Shown: piece by piece, positions 49,741 to 61,243 of the stretch
Position numbering within the stretch: the stretch's first letter is position 1
Layout: the number at the start of each line of letters is the position of its first letter
DNA from: Malacoraja senta
Lineage: Eukaryota
Assembly: GCA_038087875.1 (NCBI GenBank)
Contig: CM075992.1
Span: 1,924,001-1,988,000, forward strand
Direction of reading: 5' to 3'
DNA: 64,000 bases
The notes under the pieces: generated by a model
Told to the model about the DNA's origin: nothing
Database searches by the model: none
The model's input: the letters and a program-made list of their open reading frames with translations, nothing else
Made by a program: the position numbers and the translations under genes

Positions 49741-50167
49741 TTAGGCCCCCTTCGGTCATGGCTGACCATGGGTGTCTCCAGGGTGCTATTCCCTATATGG
49801 AGGACGCCAGTGCGTGACTTTGTTTAACGTGGGGAGACTGGTGCACAGACAGCCACCCCACGGTCCTTGACAGATCTGGGTCAGGATCCAGTGGCATGGA
49901 GTCCAAGACGACCAGAGACCCTTTTCTGCTGCAGCCTTCATCCATCCGCCTTCCCAGCCGTTGTGGCGCTCCACTAAGGTCAGCCATCGTCCTCCGTCTG
50001 TTCCACCGTTGAGGTCTTGGTTGGATTGCTCTTTATCAGAGACCTCCCCCCTGACCTTACCGCCATGGGTGGCCCTACCAGGAGCAGAGCTCCAGACGGC
50101 ATCGCTCTCAGGACCTCAGGTCCACTCAAGCTTCTCCACCACGACAAGGTGACAATCCACGGAGAAG
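49741..50167 (-). mobile_element. Bipartite non-autonomous RTE derivative (RTE 5' UTR fused to RTE 3' end)
   Basis: The minus strand begins CTTCTCCGTGGATTGTCACCTTGTCGTGGTGGAGAAGCTTG...GAGCGATGCCG...GGTAGGGCCACCCATGG, resembling BovB/Expander 5' ends. It finishes CCATGGTCAGCCATGACCGAAGGGGGCCTAAGAAG. Confidence 0.7.
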
Positions 50168-50185
50168 TCCCATACTATATGCACA

Positions 50186-50440
50186 GAATGGAATGAAATA
50201 CTTTATTGTCACATGTGACAAGGCACAGTGAAATTCTTTGCTTGCACACCCACATAAATAAAGCTTACAAAGTTACAAAGTTACCCCCGCCAGCTCCTCC
50301 TCTGTTCTCCCCATCACCTCCCCCACAGCGGTCTCCCCACACCGGCTACTCCATTGTTCTTCCCCCCTCCCCATCCCCTCACGGTGGTCCTCCCGCGCCC
50401 TCGTCGCCCGCCGACCACGGGTCGACCCGCGAGGCTCCGC
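50186..50440 (-). mobile_element. Rex1/Babar-type 3' UTR
   Basis: ATACTTTATTGTCAC...GCACAGTGAAATTCTTTGCTTGCA, as at 44150. Confidence 0.65.
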
Positions 50441-50784
50441 GCATTCACTCTGTGCATCGATCCCAGACGAGGTGAATCACCCCAGTGCAAAGCTCGGACT
50501 GTGAATGAGCAAGATGTTCATGTGTCAACTATGTGAACCTGCCGGGTATAGTGCATGTGCTGTGTGCGTTACCTCTGGGTTTTAAAGCTCGGACCGTGTG
50601 AATTGTCTCTTGACGAAGAGCTCAGTCGGTGCGAATCCACTCTGGTATTCCGATTGTGTTCATTGCTTTTATGTGTAGAACTTGGACTGTGGGAAGCACT
50701 GTTCACGGGAATACTGAACCTATTAATTGTCTCTGGGCTTAGAGCACAAACTGCATTAATCACCTCTGAGGCAGAGTTGTGAAA

Positions 50785-51077
50785 GTATAGAAACAATGAA
50801 CTGCAGATGCTGGTTGTCAAAGTGCTGGGGTAATTCAGCGGGTCAAGCAGCATCCATGGAGACCATACAAAAACATCACAAAGCGCTGGAGTAATTCAGC
50901 AGATTATGCAGCATCTCTGGGGAACGTACCAAAAAAGACACAAAGCGCTGGAGTAATTCAAGGGTCAGGCAGCATCCCTGGGGAACACACCAAAAAAGAC
51001 ACAAAGCACTGGAGTAATTCAGGGGTCAGGCAGCATCCCTGGAGAACATTTAAAAAACCCCACAATAGCTGGAGTAA
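50785..51077 (-). repeat. PLE-derived ~61-bp tandem array (x4-5)
   Basis: Repeated CAAAGYGCTGGAGTAATTCA...GCAGCATC. Confidence 0.8.
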
Positions 51078-51276
51078 AAGACTGAATCACCGCTGGGCAT
51101 AGAGCACAGTGCATGTATTGCCTCAGGATGCTGTATCACTAGTACACCATCTCCCAGTGTACATCTCAAACTGTGCATGGTCTCTGGGCATGGCCTCTGG
51201 CCTCTCTCACATACTGAGAGTCTCCTCTCAACGTAGAGCTCCAACCGTGGCGATCGACTCAATGCACAGTATGGAG

Positions 51277-51407
51277 TGTTAAAGAAGGAACTGCAGATGC
51301 TGGAAAATCGAAGGTAGACAAAAATGCTGGAGAAACTCAGCGGGTGCAGCAGCATCTATGGAGCGAAGGAAATAGGCAACGTTTCGGGCCGAAACCCTTC
51401 TTCAGAC
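51277..51407 (-). mobile_element. PLE family B arm with tail
   Basis: Duplication TATGGAGTGTT. Confidence 0.88.
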
Positions 51408-51441
51408 CCTCATATGGAGTGTTTGAATCAGCTCTGGATTT

Positions 51442-51656
51442 TTTTTTTTTTTTTGAAAATATTTTTTATTGGAGATAAGTACATAACCTATTAACATCAT
51501 TACAGTCTTACATTTTTAAATTGATAATATTATCAATTATTATTACATTGTCTCCAATACCTTTTGCCTTTTTTTTTTTTTTTAAACTAGATAGAACTAA
51601 AAAGATAGATGAAGTAAAGAAAGAAAAGAGAGAGAAGAAAAAGAGAAAAAAAAACA
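51442..51656 (-). mobile_element. Short poly(A)-tailed retroposed fragment (L1-like 3' UTR)
   Basis: Poly(T) on +, AATAAA on -, TSD AGCTCTGGATTT. Confidence 0.7.
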
Positions 51657-52668
51657 AGCTCTGGATTTATAACCTGGAGTATTGTAGGCAGTGTAAGGCT
51701 GGGACTATGTGAGTCACCACACCATGTGCAGCTCAGACCATGTGAATTGCCTGTGTGCGGAACTTTCAAATTGTGTGAATCACCTCAGTGTACACCACTG
51801 ATTGTGTGGATCTACTCTGGGTGTTGAGCTTGGACTGTGTTAACCACCTCCGTCCGTGTGGAACATAGACTGTGCCAGCCACTAATGGGGGCGGACATCA
51901 CATCTGGATGCACAGCTTGGATGACATTTTGGCCGATGAGCACAGATTACGCAAATCCGCTAAATGTTTACAGTTAAGATCCGACTGGGCATTGATGAAG
52001 GATAGAGATAGGAATGTGTAAATGATTACATGTGGAACTCTAACTGCATGATCTACTCTGGGTTTAGAGTTGAGAGCCTGTGGGCGGAAAGTTCTGATTG
52101 TATGAATCCCATCTTGTATTATGTGGACATTTTTGTGTATACACTTGGTCAGTGTTAATCTGCTTTTGGAATCAAAATTAAACCTGGGGACCGCCTCTGG
52201 ACATTGAGCTCAGACCTTGTATATCACGTGATTTTCAAATGTTCTTTGAACTAGACACTCAAGTCCTCAGTTGTAGCATCACTGCTCTGTGCAAAGGCGG
52301 GAAAAAACACCCCACCTGATACCCTATGCATTGAATTTGTACATGGCAAGGATAGACACAAAGTGTGGGATTAACTCAACGGGTCAGGCAGTATCTCTGG
52401 AGACAAAAAGATGTTTCGGGTGGGAACCTTTCTTCAGCCCGCTGAACTTCTTCAATGTTGCTCCTGGCTCAAGTGACCTTGCAAAGTCTCCATCAGGAGC
52501 ACCTGGGGAGTGGTATCTACATTGGGAGAGCGGTTCCACAGACTAGTCCTGCCGCAGCCTGATATTGTACTCACAGATTGATAACTTCCAGATAATGTGC
52601 CAGACTTCTCCATTATAATCCATGAGTGTGTAGCGTCTCACCCGCTTGACCGATCCATTGGAGGGGTC

Positions 52669-52922
52669 ATAGACAATAGACAATAGGTGCAGGAGTAGGC
52701 CATTTGGCCCTTCGACCCAGCACCGCCATTCAATGTGATCATGGCTGATCATCCCCAATCAGTACCCCGTTCCTGCCTTCTCCCCATATCCCCTGACTCC
52801 GCTATTTTTAAGAGCCCTATCTAGCTCTCTCTTGAAAGCATCCAGAGAACCGGCCTCCACCGCCCTCTGAGGCAGAGAATTCCACAGACTCACCACTCTC
52901 TGTGAGAAAAAGTGTTTCCTCG
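52669..52922 (-). mobile_element. CR1 3' fragment, (TATTGTC)n-tail subfamily
   Basis: FSQRVVSLWNSLPQRAVEA and 3' UTR. Confidence 0.9.
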
Positions 52923-53043
52923 GTTGTGTGAAGGCAGAAATGCAAGCAGAGGATCCATCTTAGCTTCCTCCTCAGTTCTCCACCATCACAAAAGCCAGGC
53001 TTCATTCAGGATGATTCTCTCCACATAACATCAATGGCTGAAT

Positions 53044-53162
53044 GTGTAGGAAAGTCCTAAATCGAAGATAGACATAAAATGCTGGAGTAACTCAGCGGGA
53101 CAGGCAGCACCTCTGGAGAGAAGGAACGAGTGACGTTTCGGGTCGAGACCCCTCATCAGACT
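53044..53162 (-). mobile_element. PLE family A arm
   Basis: Duplication TCAATGGCTGAA. Confidence 0.82.
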
Positions 53163-53465
53163 CAATGGCTGAACGCTGGATACAGCAAAGGCTATGGGAT
53201 TGGATCAAATCTCAACTGTCGGAATGAAAACTTGCAAGATCTGTGTTCCAGAAAAATATGTGCGTTTATCCAAGCTGTCCAAGTGTGGTTAGAAGACTAG
53301 TCACAATCCAGCCTGGCTAATCACCACTCAGTCATCAGCAAAACGATGGGATCCATTATCATCAATTCTTTCAAGTGGTATTTACTCATCAATAACGTGC
53401 TCGCCAAAAATGCTCAGTTTGCAGTTTGCCAAGAGCACCCCGCGATGGCACAGGCCGCACTCCAG

Positions 53466-53785
53466 GCCAGCTCGGTAGCGCAGCGGCAGAGTTGCTGTCT
53501 CACAGCGCTTGCAGTCCCAGAGACCCAGGTTCGATCCCGGCTACCGGTGCTGTCTGTATGGAGTTTGTACTGTGTGTTCTCCCATTGACCTCGTGGGTTT
53601 TCTCCGAGATCTCCGGTTTCCTCCCACACTCCAAAGACGTACAGATTTGTAGGTTAATTGGCTTCAGTGTATGTGTAAATTGTCCCTATCGTGTAGCGGA
53701 TAGGGATTAATGTGTGGGGGTCGGTGCGGACTCGGTGGGCCGAAGGGCCTGTTTCCGCGCTGTATTCTCTAAACTAAACTAAACT
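53466..53785 (+). mobile_element. Near full-length HE1-type V-SINE
   Basis: tRNA-like A box and B box (GGTTCGATCC), V-domain, LINE-derived tail and (TAAAC)n. Confidence 0.9.
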
Positions 53786-53911
53786 CCACTGTAGTCTTCA
53801 TCACAACTTTAGTTCGAACTTAATCCAAAACTGCTGAACTCCATTTGACTTAGGATGGCTTCAGGGAGCTGTGGGCATCAAACAGGAGACTCGCAAGCCT
53901 GTTGAGGTCAC

Positions 53912-54434
53912 ATTTGAGGAAGGACATCCTTGTGATTGAGGCAGTGCAGCGTAGGTTCACGAGATTGATCCCTGGGATGGCGGGACTGTCATATGAGGAA
54001 AGATTGAAAAGACTAGGCTTGTATTCACTGGAGTTTAGAAGGATGAGGGGGGATCTTATAGAAACATATAAAATTATAAAAGGACTGGACAAGCTAGATG
54101 CAGGAAAAATGTTCCCAATGTTGGGCGAGTCCAGAACCAGGGGCCACACAGTCTTAGAATAAAGACTGAGGTGAGAAAAAAACTTTTTCACCCAGAGAGT
54201 TGTGAATTTGTGGAATTCCCTGCCACAGAGGGCAGTGGAGGCCAAATCACTGGATGGATTTAAGAGAGAGTTAGATAGAGCTCTAGGGGCTAGTGCAATC
54301 AAGGGATATGGGGAGAAGGCAGGCATGGGTTACTGATTGCGGACGATCAGCCATGATCACAATGAATGGCGGTGCTGGCTCGAAGGGCCGAATGGCCTCC
54401 TCCTGCACCTATTTTCTATGTTTCTATGTTTCTA
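53912..54434 (+). mobile_element. CR1 3' fragment
   Basis: LRKDILVIEAVQRRFTRLIPGM... Confidence 0.92.
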
Positions 54435-54459
54435 AGCCATTAGAGTCATACTTTGCACA

Positions 54460-54870
54460 AAGGAACATGGTTGTGATAATTGGAGGTCATTCCTCCAGCT
54501 CTAGAGTATCATTGCAATTCCTCAGGCCGGTGTCCTAAGCCTGACCATTGCAGTTGCTTCATCAGTGTCCTTCTCCAATCTTAAGTGACAGAAATGGGAA
54601 TGTCTGCTGATATTTGCACAATGTTCAGTTCCATTCACAGCTGAGCAGCAAGCAATGTAATTCAATCGTGCAAGCAGCAAGATCTCAGCAACATCATGGG
54701 CTGATAAGTGGCAGGTAGCATTCGTGGGACAGAATTGCCGAGCAATCACACGTCCAACAAAAGAGAGTCCAACCACCTACACTTGTCATTCAATGGCATT
54801 GGCCATCGGTGAGTCCCACACCTTCAACATCCTGGATGTCACCATGGCTACAAGAGCAAGACAGAAGCAG
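54460..54870 (+). mobile_element. Ancient decayed LINE RT fragment (CR1 group)
   Basis: Degenerate PQ.GVL.P...CFI...GM.AD motifs. Confidence 0.55.
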
Positions 54871-55712
54871 CATATTCTGTGGAAGTCTACAGAAGATGTT
54901 TGGGTCAAGATCCATCTTCAGACGTGGAGATGAAACGTGGTCTGTCCATCCCCTCACCGAGAACCTCCAGCACTTTGTTTAGTGCTGAGTCTATGATGGC
55001 ATGCCAATATACCACCCTGGACATTTATTCCCTCCACATCTAATGTACAGGTCATGCCCAGCTTACGAATGCCTAACTTAACCACAGCTTCAACATACCA
55101 ACGAGCTTTTGGGAGAACAGTGTGTTGATTTGTCAGTTTCTCAGTTGCCATAGGACTGCAGAAGTCCCCTCTCCTCTGGCACTTCAACTTGTAACCTGCT
55201 CACATCTATTTGTATTGATTGATATCACACCATTGTTAACTTCATTGCAAGATGTTCACCAGTGAATGAGTCTGAATTACCAAGTAAGGGAAAATCCAAC
55301 CAGCCTGGCATATCTTACTGTCATTAAGTGACATTAGTTTGAAGATGGAAGGCATGCTAATGTGCTGATTACTGCAAGTTTCTGCCTGAATCAGGAATGT
55401 GTATTAAAGAGAGTTTCTTAAAACCGTTTTCCAGCCAATTCATCTGATAATGTCAATGAAAAATCGAATGAAATATTTTACGCTCTAAGGTACCAATTTA
55501 CTTCTTATACTCATATTTCAAGCTGAATTATTTCAGAAGCAAGATAACCAAACACATTATAATTCCATGTGTTACAGAATGAAACACCTCGGGCCAGGCA
55601 TAACATGAGCTACAGTATATAACATAATGACCTGAACACACATTGAGGTGCAGAATAAAGCTGCTTGCTACCATACCTTAATTGCAAACAAGCCATACTC
55701 CCTTGCCGCATT

Positions 55713-56716
55713 ATGGAGTAGGAGTTAGTGGTGGACTTTAGGAGGAGAGGAACATCCCTGTTCCCTGTCTCCATCAATGGTGTGGATGTGCAGTTTACCA
55801 AGGAGTACAAATACCTTGGAGTGTACCTGGACAGTAAACTGGACTGGTCCAGGAACGCTGAGGCCATGTACAAGAAGGGACAGAGCCGGCTGTACTTGTT
55901 GAGAAGACTTCGCTCCTTCAACATCTGCAGTAAGATGCTGCAGATGTTCTACCAATCGGTGGTAGCCAGTGCCATCTTCAATTCAATTCAATTCAATCTT
56001 TATTGTCGTTGTCCAGTGTACAGTACAGAGACAACGAAATGCAGTTGGCATCTCACCCAGAAGAGCGAACTTAGGAATAATGAGCAGTAAAATATATATA
56101 GGTACAGCAGTATCAGGAGTGCAATTTGTCTGGGGGAAGGAGTGTCTGGGGGGGGGGGGGTGACTGGCAATCACCGAGGTGCAGAGGTCAGTAGTGTAAC
56201 AGCCGCAGGGAAGAAGCTGTTCCTGGACCTGCTGGTTCGGCAACAGAGGGGCCTGTAGCGCCTCCCGGATGGGAGGAGGGTAAACAGTCTGTGGCTGGGG
56301 TGAGAGCAGTCCTTGACGATGCTGCGCGCCCTTCGCAGACAACGCTTGCTTTGGACAGACTCAATGGAGGGGAGTGAGGAACCGGTGATGCGTTGGGCGG
56401 TTTTCACCCCCCTCTGCGGTGCTTTCCGGTCGGAGACAGAGCAGTTGCCATACCATACTGTGATACAGTTGGTAAGGATGCTCTCGATGGTGCAGCGGTA
56501 GAAGTTCACCAGAATCTGAGGAGACAGATGGACCTTCTTTAGTGTCCTCAGGAAGAAGAGACACTGGTGAGCCTTCTTGACCAGTGTTGATGTATTGTGG
56601 GTCCAAGAGAGGTCATCAGAGATGTTGACCCCCCCAGAAACCTGAAGCTGGTTCGCTGCTGTGTGCTGCTGCGTGCTGGTGCAGCGGGGCGAAGGTCGCG
56701 GACACGGACGCCAATG
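55713..56716 (+). mobile_element. Rex1 LINE RT fragment split by an antisense Rex/Babar element
   Basis: ELVVDFRR...YKYLGVYLDSKLDW...FYQSVVASAIF, resuming FAAVC at about 56652. Confidence 0.85.
55977..56650 (-). mobile_element. Rex1/Babar LINE 3' fragment with (TTGAA)n tail
   Basis: ISDDLSWTHN...NFYRCTIESILTNCITVWYG...LLPSGRRYR...NSFFPAAVTLL. Confidence 0.92.
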
Positions 56717-57097
56717 AGCTGACTGAGGCTGGATTGCACATTTTTCGTCTCGTGTCAATAAAATGGGCTGAAGAGCCTGATTTTGTGTGATTTATCTCCA
56801 GATTCCACGAGCAGTGCGGCAAAGACTAACGGTAAACGGGACGATGACAGGTTTTACTCAGTTGGAGCGCCCTGTAATCTGTGTGGGTTTAAGAATTGTA
56901 ATTGCAAGGCCATGAGGCAGCAGAGCAGAGAGTGTGTGGAGAATCTAAAACAGGCTGTAATTAAACTCAGGCTAAATGATGTCACAGGAAGAAAATGGCA
57001 GGGTTACTCCACCCTCTGACGTCAGAATCTCAGGTTGAGATCGTGGTTCTTTCTCATGGGGTTAAGTGAAGGCCATACATGTAGGATATGTAAGACC

Positions 57098-57690
57098 CAG
57101 TTGTACAGGGTCTTGGTGAGACCACACCTGGAGTATTGCGTACAGTTTTGGTCTCCAAATCTGAGGAAGGACATTATAGCCATAGAGGGAGTGCAGAGAA
57201 GGTTCACCAGACTGATTCCTGGGATGTCAGGACTTTCATCTGAAGAAAGACTGGATAGACTTGGCTTATACTCGCTAGAATTTAGGAGATTGAGAGGGGA
57301 TCTTATAGAAACGTACAAAATTCTTATGGGGTTGGACAGGCTAGATGCAGGAAGATTGTTCCCGATGTTGGGGAAGTCCAGGACAAGGGGTCACAGCTTA
57401 AGGATAAGGGGGAAATCCTTTAGGACCGAGATGAGGAAAAACTTTTTCACACAGAGAGTGGTGAATCTGTGGAACTCTCTGCCACAGAGGGTAGTTGAGG
57501 CCAGTTCATTGGCGATATTTAAGAGGGAGTTAGATGTGGCCCTTGTGGCTAAAGGGATCAGGGGGTATGGAAAGAAGGCAGGTACAGGATACTGAGTTGG
57601 ATGATCAGCCATGATCATATTGAATGGCGGTGCAGGCTCGAAGGGCCGAATGGCCTTCTCCTGCACCTATTTTCTATGTTTCTATGTATC
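57098..57690 (+). mobile_element. Young CR1 3' fragment
   Basis: Intact ORF2 C-terminus. Confidence 0.95.
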
Positions 57691-57796
57691 ATTAGGATAA
57701 TAAGCAAGAGGAGCACAAGAAAACTATCTGGCGTGCAAGACTGCTCCACCGTTCAATAAGATCAATGGGTGAACATCTACCCCAGTGCCGTTGCCT

Positions 57797-58112
57797 GAGT
57801 CTAGGACTAGAGGTCACAGCCTCAGAATTAAAGGACGTTCTTTTAGGAAGGAGATGAGGAGAAATGTATTTAGTCAGAGGGTGGTGAATCTGTGGAATTC
57901 TTTGCCACAGAAGGCTGTAGAGGCCAAGTCAGTGGATATTTTTAAGGCAGAGATAGATAGATTATTGATTAGTACGGGTGTCAGAGGTTATGTGGAGAAG
58001 GCAGGAGAATGGGGTTAGGAGGGAGAGATAGATCAGCCATGATTGATTGGTGGATTAGACTTGATGGGCCGAATGGCCTAATTCTAGTCCTATCACGTAT
58101 GACCTTATGACC
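57797..58112 (+). mobile_element. Older CR1 3' fragment
   Basis: (CTTATGA)n-tail subfamily. Confidence 0.9.
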
Positions 58113-58400
58113 CTATTCCTTTGATTCCGTTAATATCTAGAATTCCTTGTTCTGAACGGACACAATGACTGAGCCTTCAGAGCCCAGGGTACAGAATTCA
58201 AAAAATTGAGAAGTTTCCCCTTAGCTGAGTCCTAAATTGCCTGCCTCTTGTTGTGAGACCATCAACCCTGCTCCTGGACGCTGCAGCCAGGGGAAATATC
58301 CTCCCAACTTGGTGTCTGGAAAACACTGTGAAAATATTGTGAATCTCAGCAAGATCACCTCTCGTTCTTCCAAACTGTGGGAAACACCAGGCCTAGTGGA

Positions 58401-59223
58401 TATAATGTGGATAAATGTGAGGTTATCCACTTTGGTGGCAAAAACGGGAAGGCAGACTATTATCTAAATGGTGGCCGATTAGGAAATGGGGAGATGCAGC
58501 GAGACCTGGGTGTCATGGTATACCAGTCATTGAAAGTAGGCATGCAGGTGCAGCAGGCAGTGAAGAAAGCGAATGGTATGTTGGCCTTCATAGCAAGAGG
58601 ATTTGAGTATAGGAGCAGGGAGGTTCTACTGCAGTTGTACAGGGTCTTGGTGAGACCACACCTGGAGTATTGCGTACAGTTTTGGTCTCCAAATCTGAGG
58701 AAGGACATTATAGCCATAGAGGGAGTGCAGAGAAGGTTCACCAGACTGATTCCTGTGATGTTTCATATGAACAAAGACTGGATAGACTTGGCTTATACTC
58801 GCTAGAATTTAGGAGATTGAGAGGGGATCTTATAGAAACGTACAAAATTCTTATGGGGTTGGACAGGCTAGATGCAGGAAGATTGTTCCCGATGTTGGGG
58901 AAGTCCAGGACAAGGGGTCACAGCTTAAGGATAAGGGTGAAATCCTTTAAGACCGAGATGAGGAAAAACTTTTTCACACAGAGAGTGGTGAATCTCTGGA
59001 ACTCTCTGCCACAGAGGGTAGTTGAGGCCAGTTCATCGGCTATATTTAAGAGGGAGTTAGATGTGGCCCTTGTGGCTAAAGGGATCAGGGGGTATGGAGA
59101 GAAGGCAGGTACGGGATACTGAGTTGGATGATCAGCCATGATCATATTGAATGGCGGTGCAGGCTCGAAGGGCCGAATGGCCTACTCCTGCACCTATTTT
59201 CTATGTATCTATGTATCTATGTA
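58401..59223 (+). mobile_element. Young CR1 fragment (about 820 bp, uninterrupted)
   Basis: YNVDKCEVIHFG...RDLGV...PHLEYCVQFWSP, with a small frameshifting deletion near 58760. Confidence 0.95.
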
Positions 59224-59263
59224 GTCTATTCATTCTTTCTTCCTTGAGGCACACTTACATACT

Positions 59264-59420
59264 GTACGATACGATATGATACGATAGAATTTTATTCATC
59301 CCAGGGCGGATATTGGTCTGCCAACAGTCATAAAAACGCAACAAGATACATGAAACATGAAATTAAAGTGACGAGTGGAAAGTCCAGGATTGGGGATGTG
59401 CAAAGATTGGGGAGGGGGGA
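59264..59420 (-). mobile_element. Rex-type 3' UTR with (TATCG)n tail
   Basis: Microsatellite tail, AATAAA and UTR. Confidence 0.55.
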
Positions 59421-59433
59421 TTGGATAGAGGCA

Positions 59434-59777
59434 AGTCTGAAGAAGGGTTTCGGCCCGAAACGTTGCCTATTTCCTTCGCTCCATAGATGCTGCTGCACCC
59501 GCTGAGTTTCTCCAGCATTTTTGTGTACCTTCGATTTTCCAGCATCTGCAGTTCCTTCTTTAACACAAGGTACACAAAAATGCTGGAGAAACTCAGCGGG
59601 TGCAGCAGCATCTATGGAGCGAAGGAAATAGGCAACGTTTCGACCCGAAACCCTTCCGGGTTTCGTCCCGAAACGTTGCCTATTTCCTTCAGGGTTTCGG
59701 CCCGAAACGTTGCCTATTTCCTTCGCTCCATAGATGCTGCTGCAACCCGCTGAGTTTCTCCAGCATTTTTGTGTACC
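59434..59777 (+). mobile_element. PLE family B three-arm composite with 34-bp tandem unit
   Basis: TSD TTGGATAGAGGCA at 59421-59433 and 59778-59790. Confidence 0.9.
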
Positions 59778-59861
59778 TTGGATAGAGGCAGTTGGATACA
59801 TGTTCTGAATTCAGGTCATGTTGGTGCTAATTGATCAGGAAGGCTTGATTGAAGCCCCCAA

Positions 59862-60083
59862 AGGGCCTGTCCCACTTGGCGATATTTTCGGCGACTGCTG
59901 GCATCATTGACTGATGTATCAGGTCACCGATACATGCGGCGTGATGATGTATTGACGCGCGGTGTTTTTTCAACATTTTTTTTGTCGCCGCTGGATTTTG
60001 AAATGTTCTAAATCTTTTGGCGACACTGATATGACGCCGGCAGTCGCCGAGAAAAAAAAAAGAAGCCAAATGGGACAGGCCCT
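59862..60083. mobile_element. PIF/Harbinger-like MITE
   Basis: TIRs AGGGCCTGTCCCA / TGGGACAGGCCCT; TSD not preserved. Confidence 0.78.
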
Positions 60084-60324
60084 TCGAACTCAGAGCCACT
60101 GACATCTCCACCCCCGCTGAGAGCTTGGAATACAACAGTGCATTGTAGCCCCACCTCTAGGCAGTAGACTAGCATTACAGCATCCGCTCTGCAACTCAAG
60201 TTTGCCATTGAAATTGGGGAAGAAACGTAAAGAAACGTGGACTGGGAAAATAGGAAAGATGAGCAAGAAGAGAAACATTCACAGAAAGTGAATTCACAGA
60301 AAATCCGCAAAAAGTGACAAATTA

Positions 60325-60639
60325 GGGCAGCACGGCGTTGCAGCGGTAGAGTTGCTACCTTACAGCTCCAAAGACCCGGGTTCGAACCTGACCACGGGTG
60401 CTGCCTGTACGGAGTTTGTACCTGTGATGCTCCCCGTGACCTGCGTGGGTTTTCTGCGGGTACTCAGGTTTCCTCCCACGCTCCAAAGACGTAAAGGATT
60501 GAAGGTTAATTGGCGTTGAGTAAAAAAATGTCCCTAGTGTGTGTGTGTAGAATAGTGTTAGTGTGCAGAGATCGCTGGTTGGCACGGACTCGGTGGGCCG
60601 AAGGGCCTGTTTCCGGCTGTATCTCTAAATAAAACTAAA
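60325..60639 (+). mobile_element. Near full-length HE1-type V-SINE
   Basis: GGTTCGAACC B box, V-domain and tail. Confidence 0.9.
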
Positions 60640-61067
60640 GGGTAACTAAATGGATCTTTGGCACAGTTCAGAGCAGTGACAGCAGTTTCCATTTCACTGA
60701 CCTGATGGAGAACACAGTTGTTCAGTGTTTAACATTGATACGAGGACCCTCCCATCCCAACAGTCTTCCCTCCAACGAATCCACATCACCTCATCAACAG
60801 CCTGTCCCCGCCCAACTCTTCCTCCTAGTCAGTCATCCCTTACCAGTTAGCTGCCCCTCAATACTCTGCCGCTTCCCCGTGATATCAATCTCTCCCTGTC
60901 ACCCCCCTCCATGACACCCCCAGTCTTCTCTGATAACACCACCCCGTCATCTTACTTCAAAGACATCACCTTCCCCTCTCTACCACTTGCTCTCCTTTCA
61001 TTGTCTCTCCAACCCCTACAAAAACCTGTCTGTGCCTGATAAACCCTCCTCCAACACACTTCTCCAA

Positions 61068-61243
61068 GATGTTTTCAAGAGAGAGTTAGATTTCGCTCTT
61101 AGGGCTAACGGAATCAAGGGATATGGGGAGAAAGCAGGTACGGGATACTGAGTTGGATGATCAGCCATGATCATATTGAATGGTGGTGCTGGTTCAAAGG
61201 GCCGAATGGCCTACTCCTGCAGATATTTTCTATGTTTCTATGT
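61068..61243 (+). mobile_element. Short CR1 3' end
   Basis: 3' UTR and TTTCTATG tail. Confidence 0.88.

Noticed and set aside
53466..53545. tRNA genes
   Set aside because: The A/B boxes belong to SINE heads and are followed by the V-domain; no cloverleaf.
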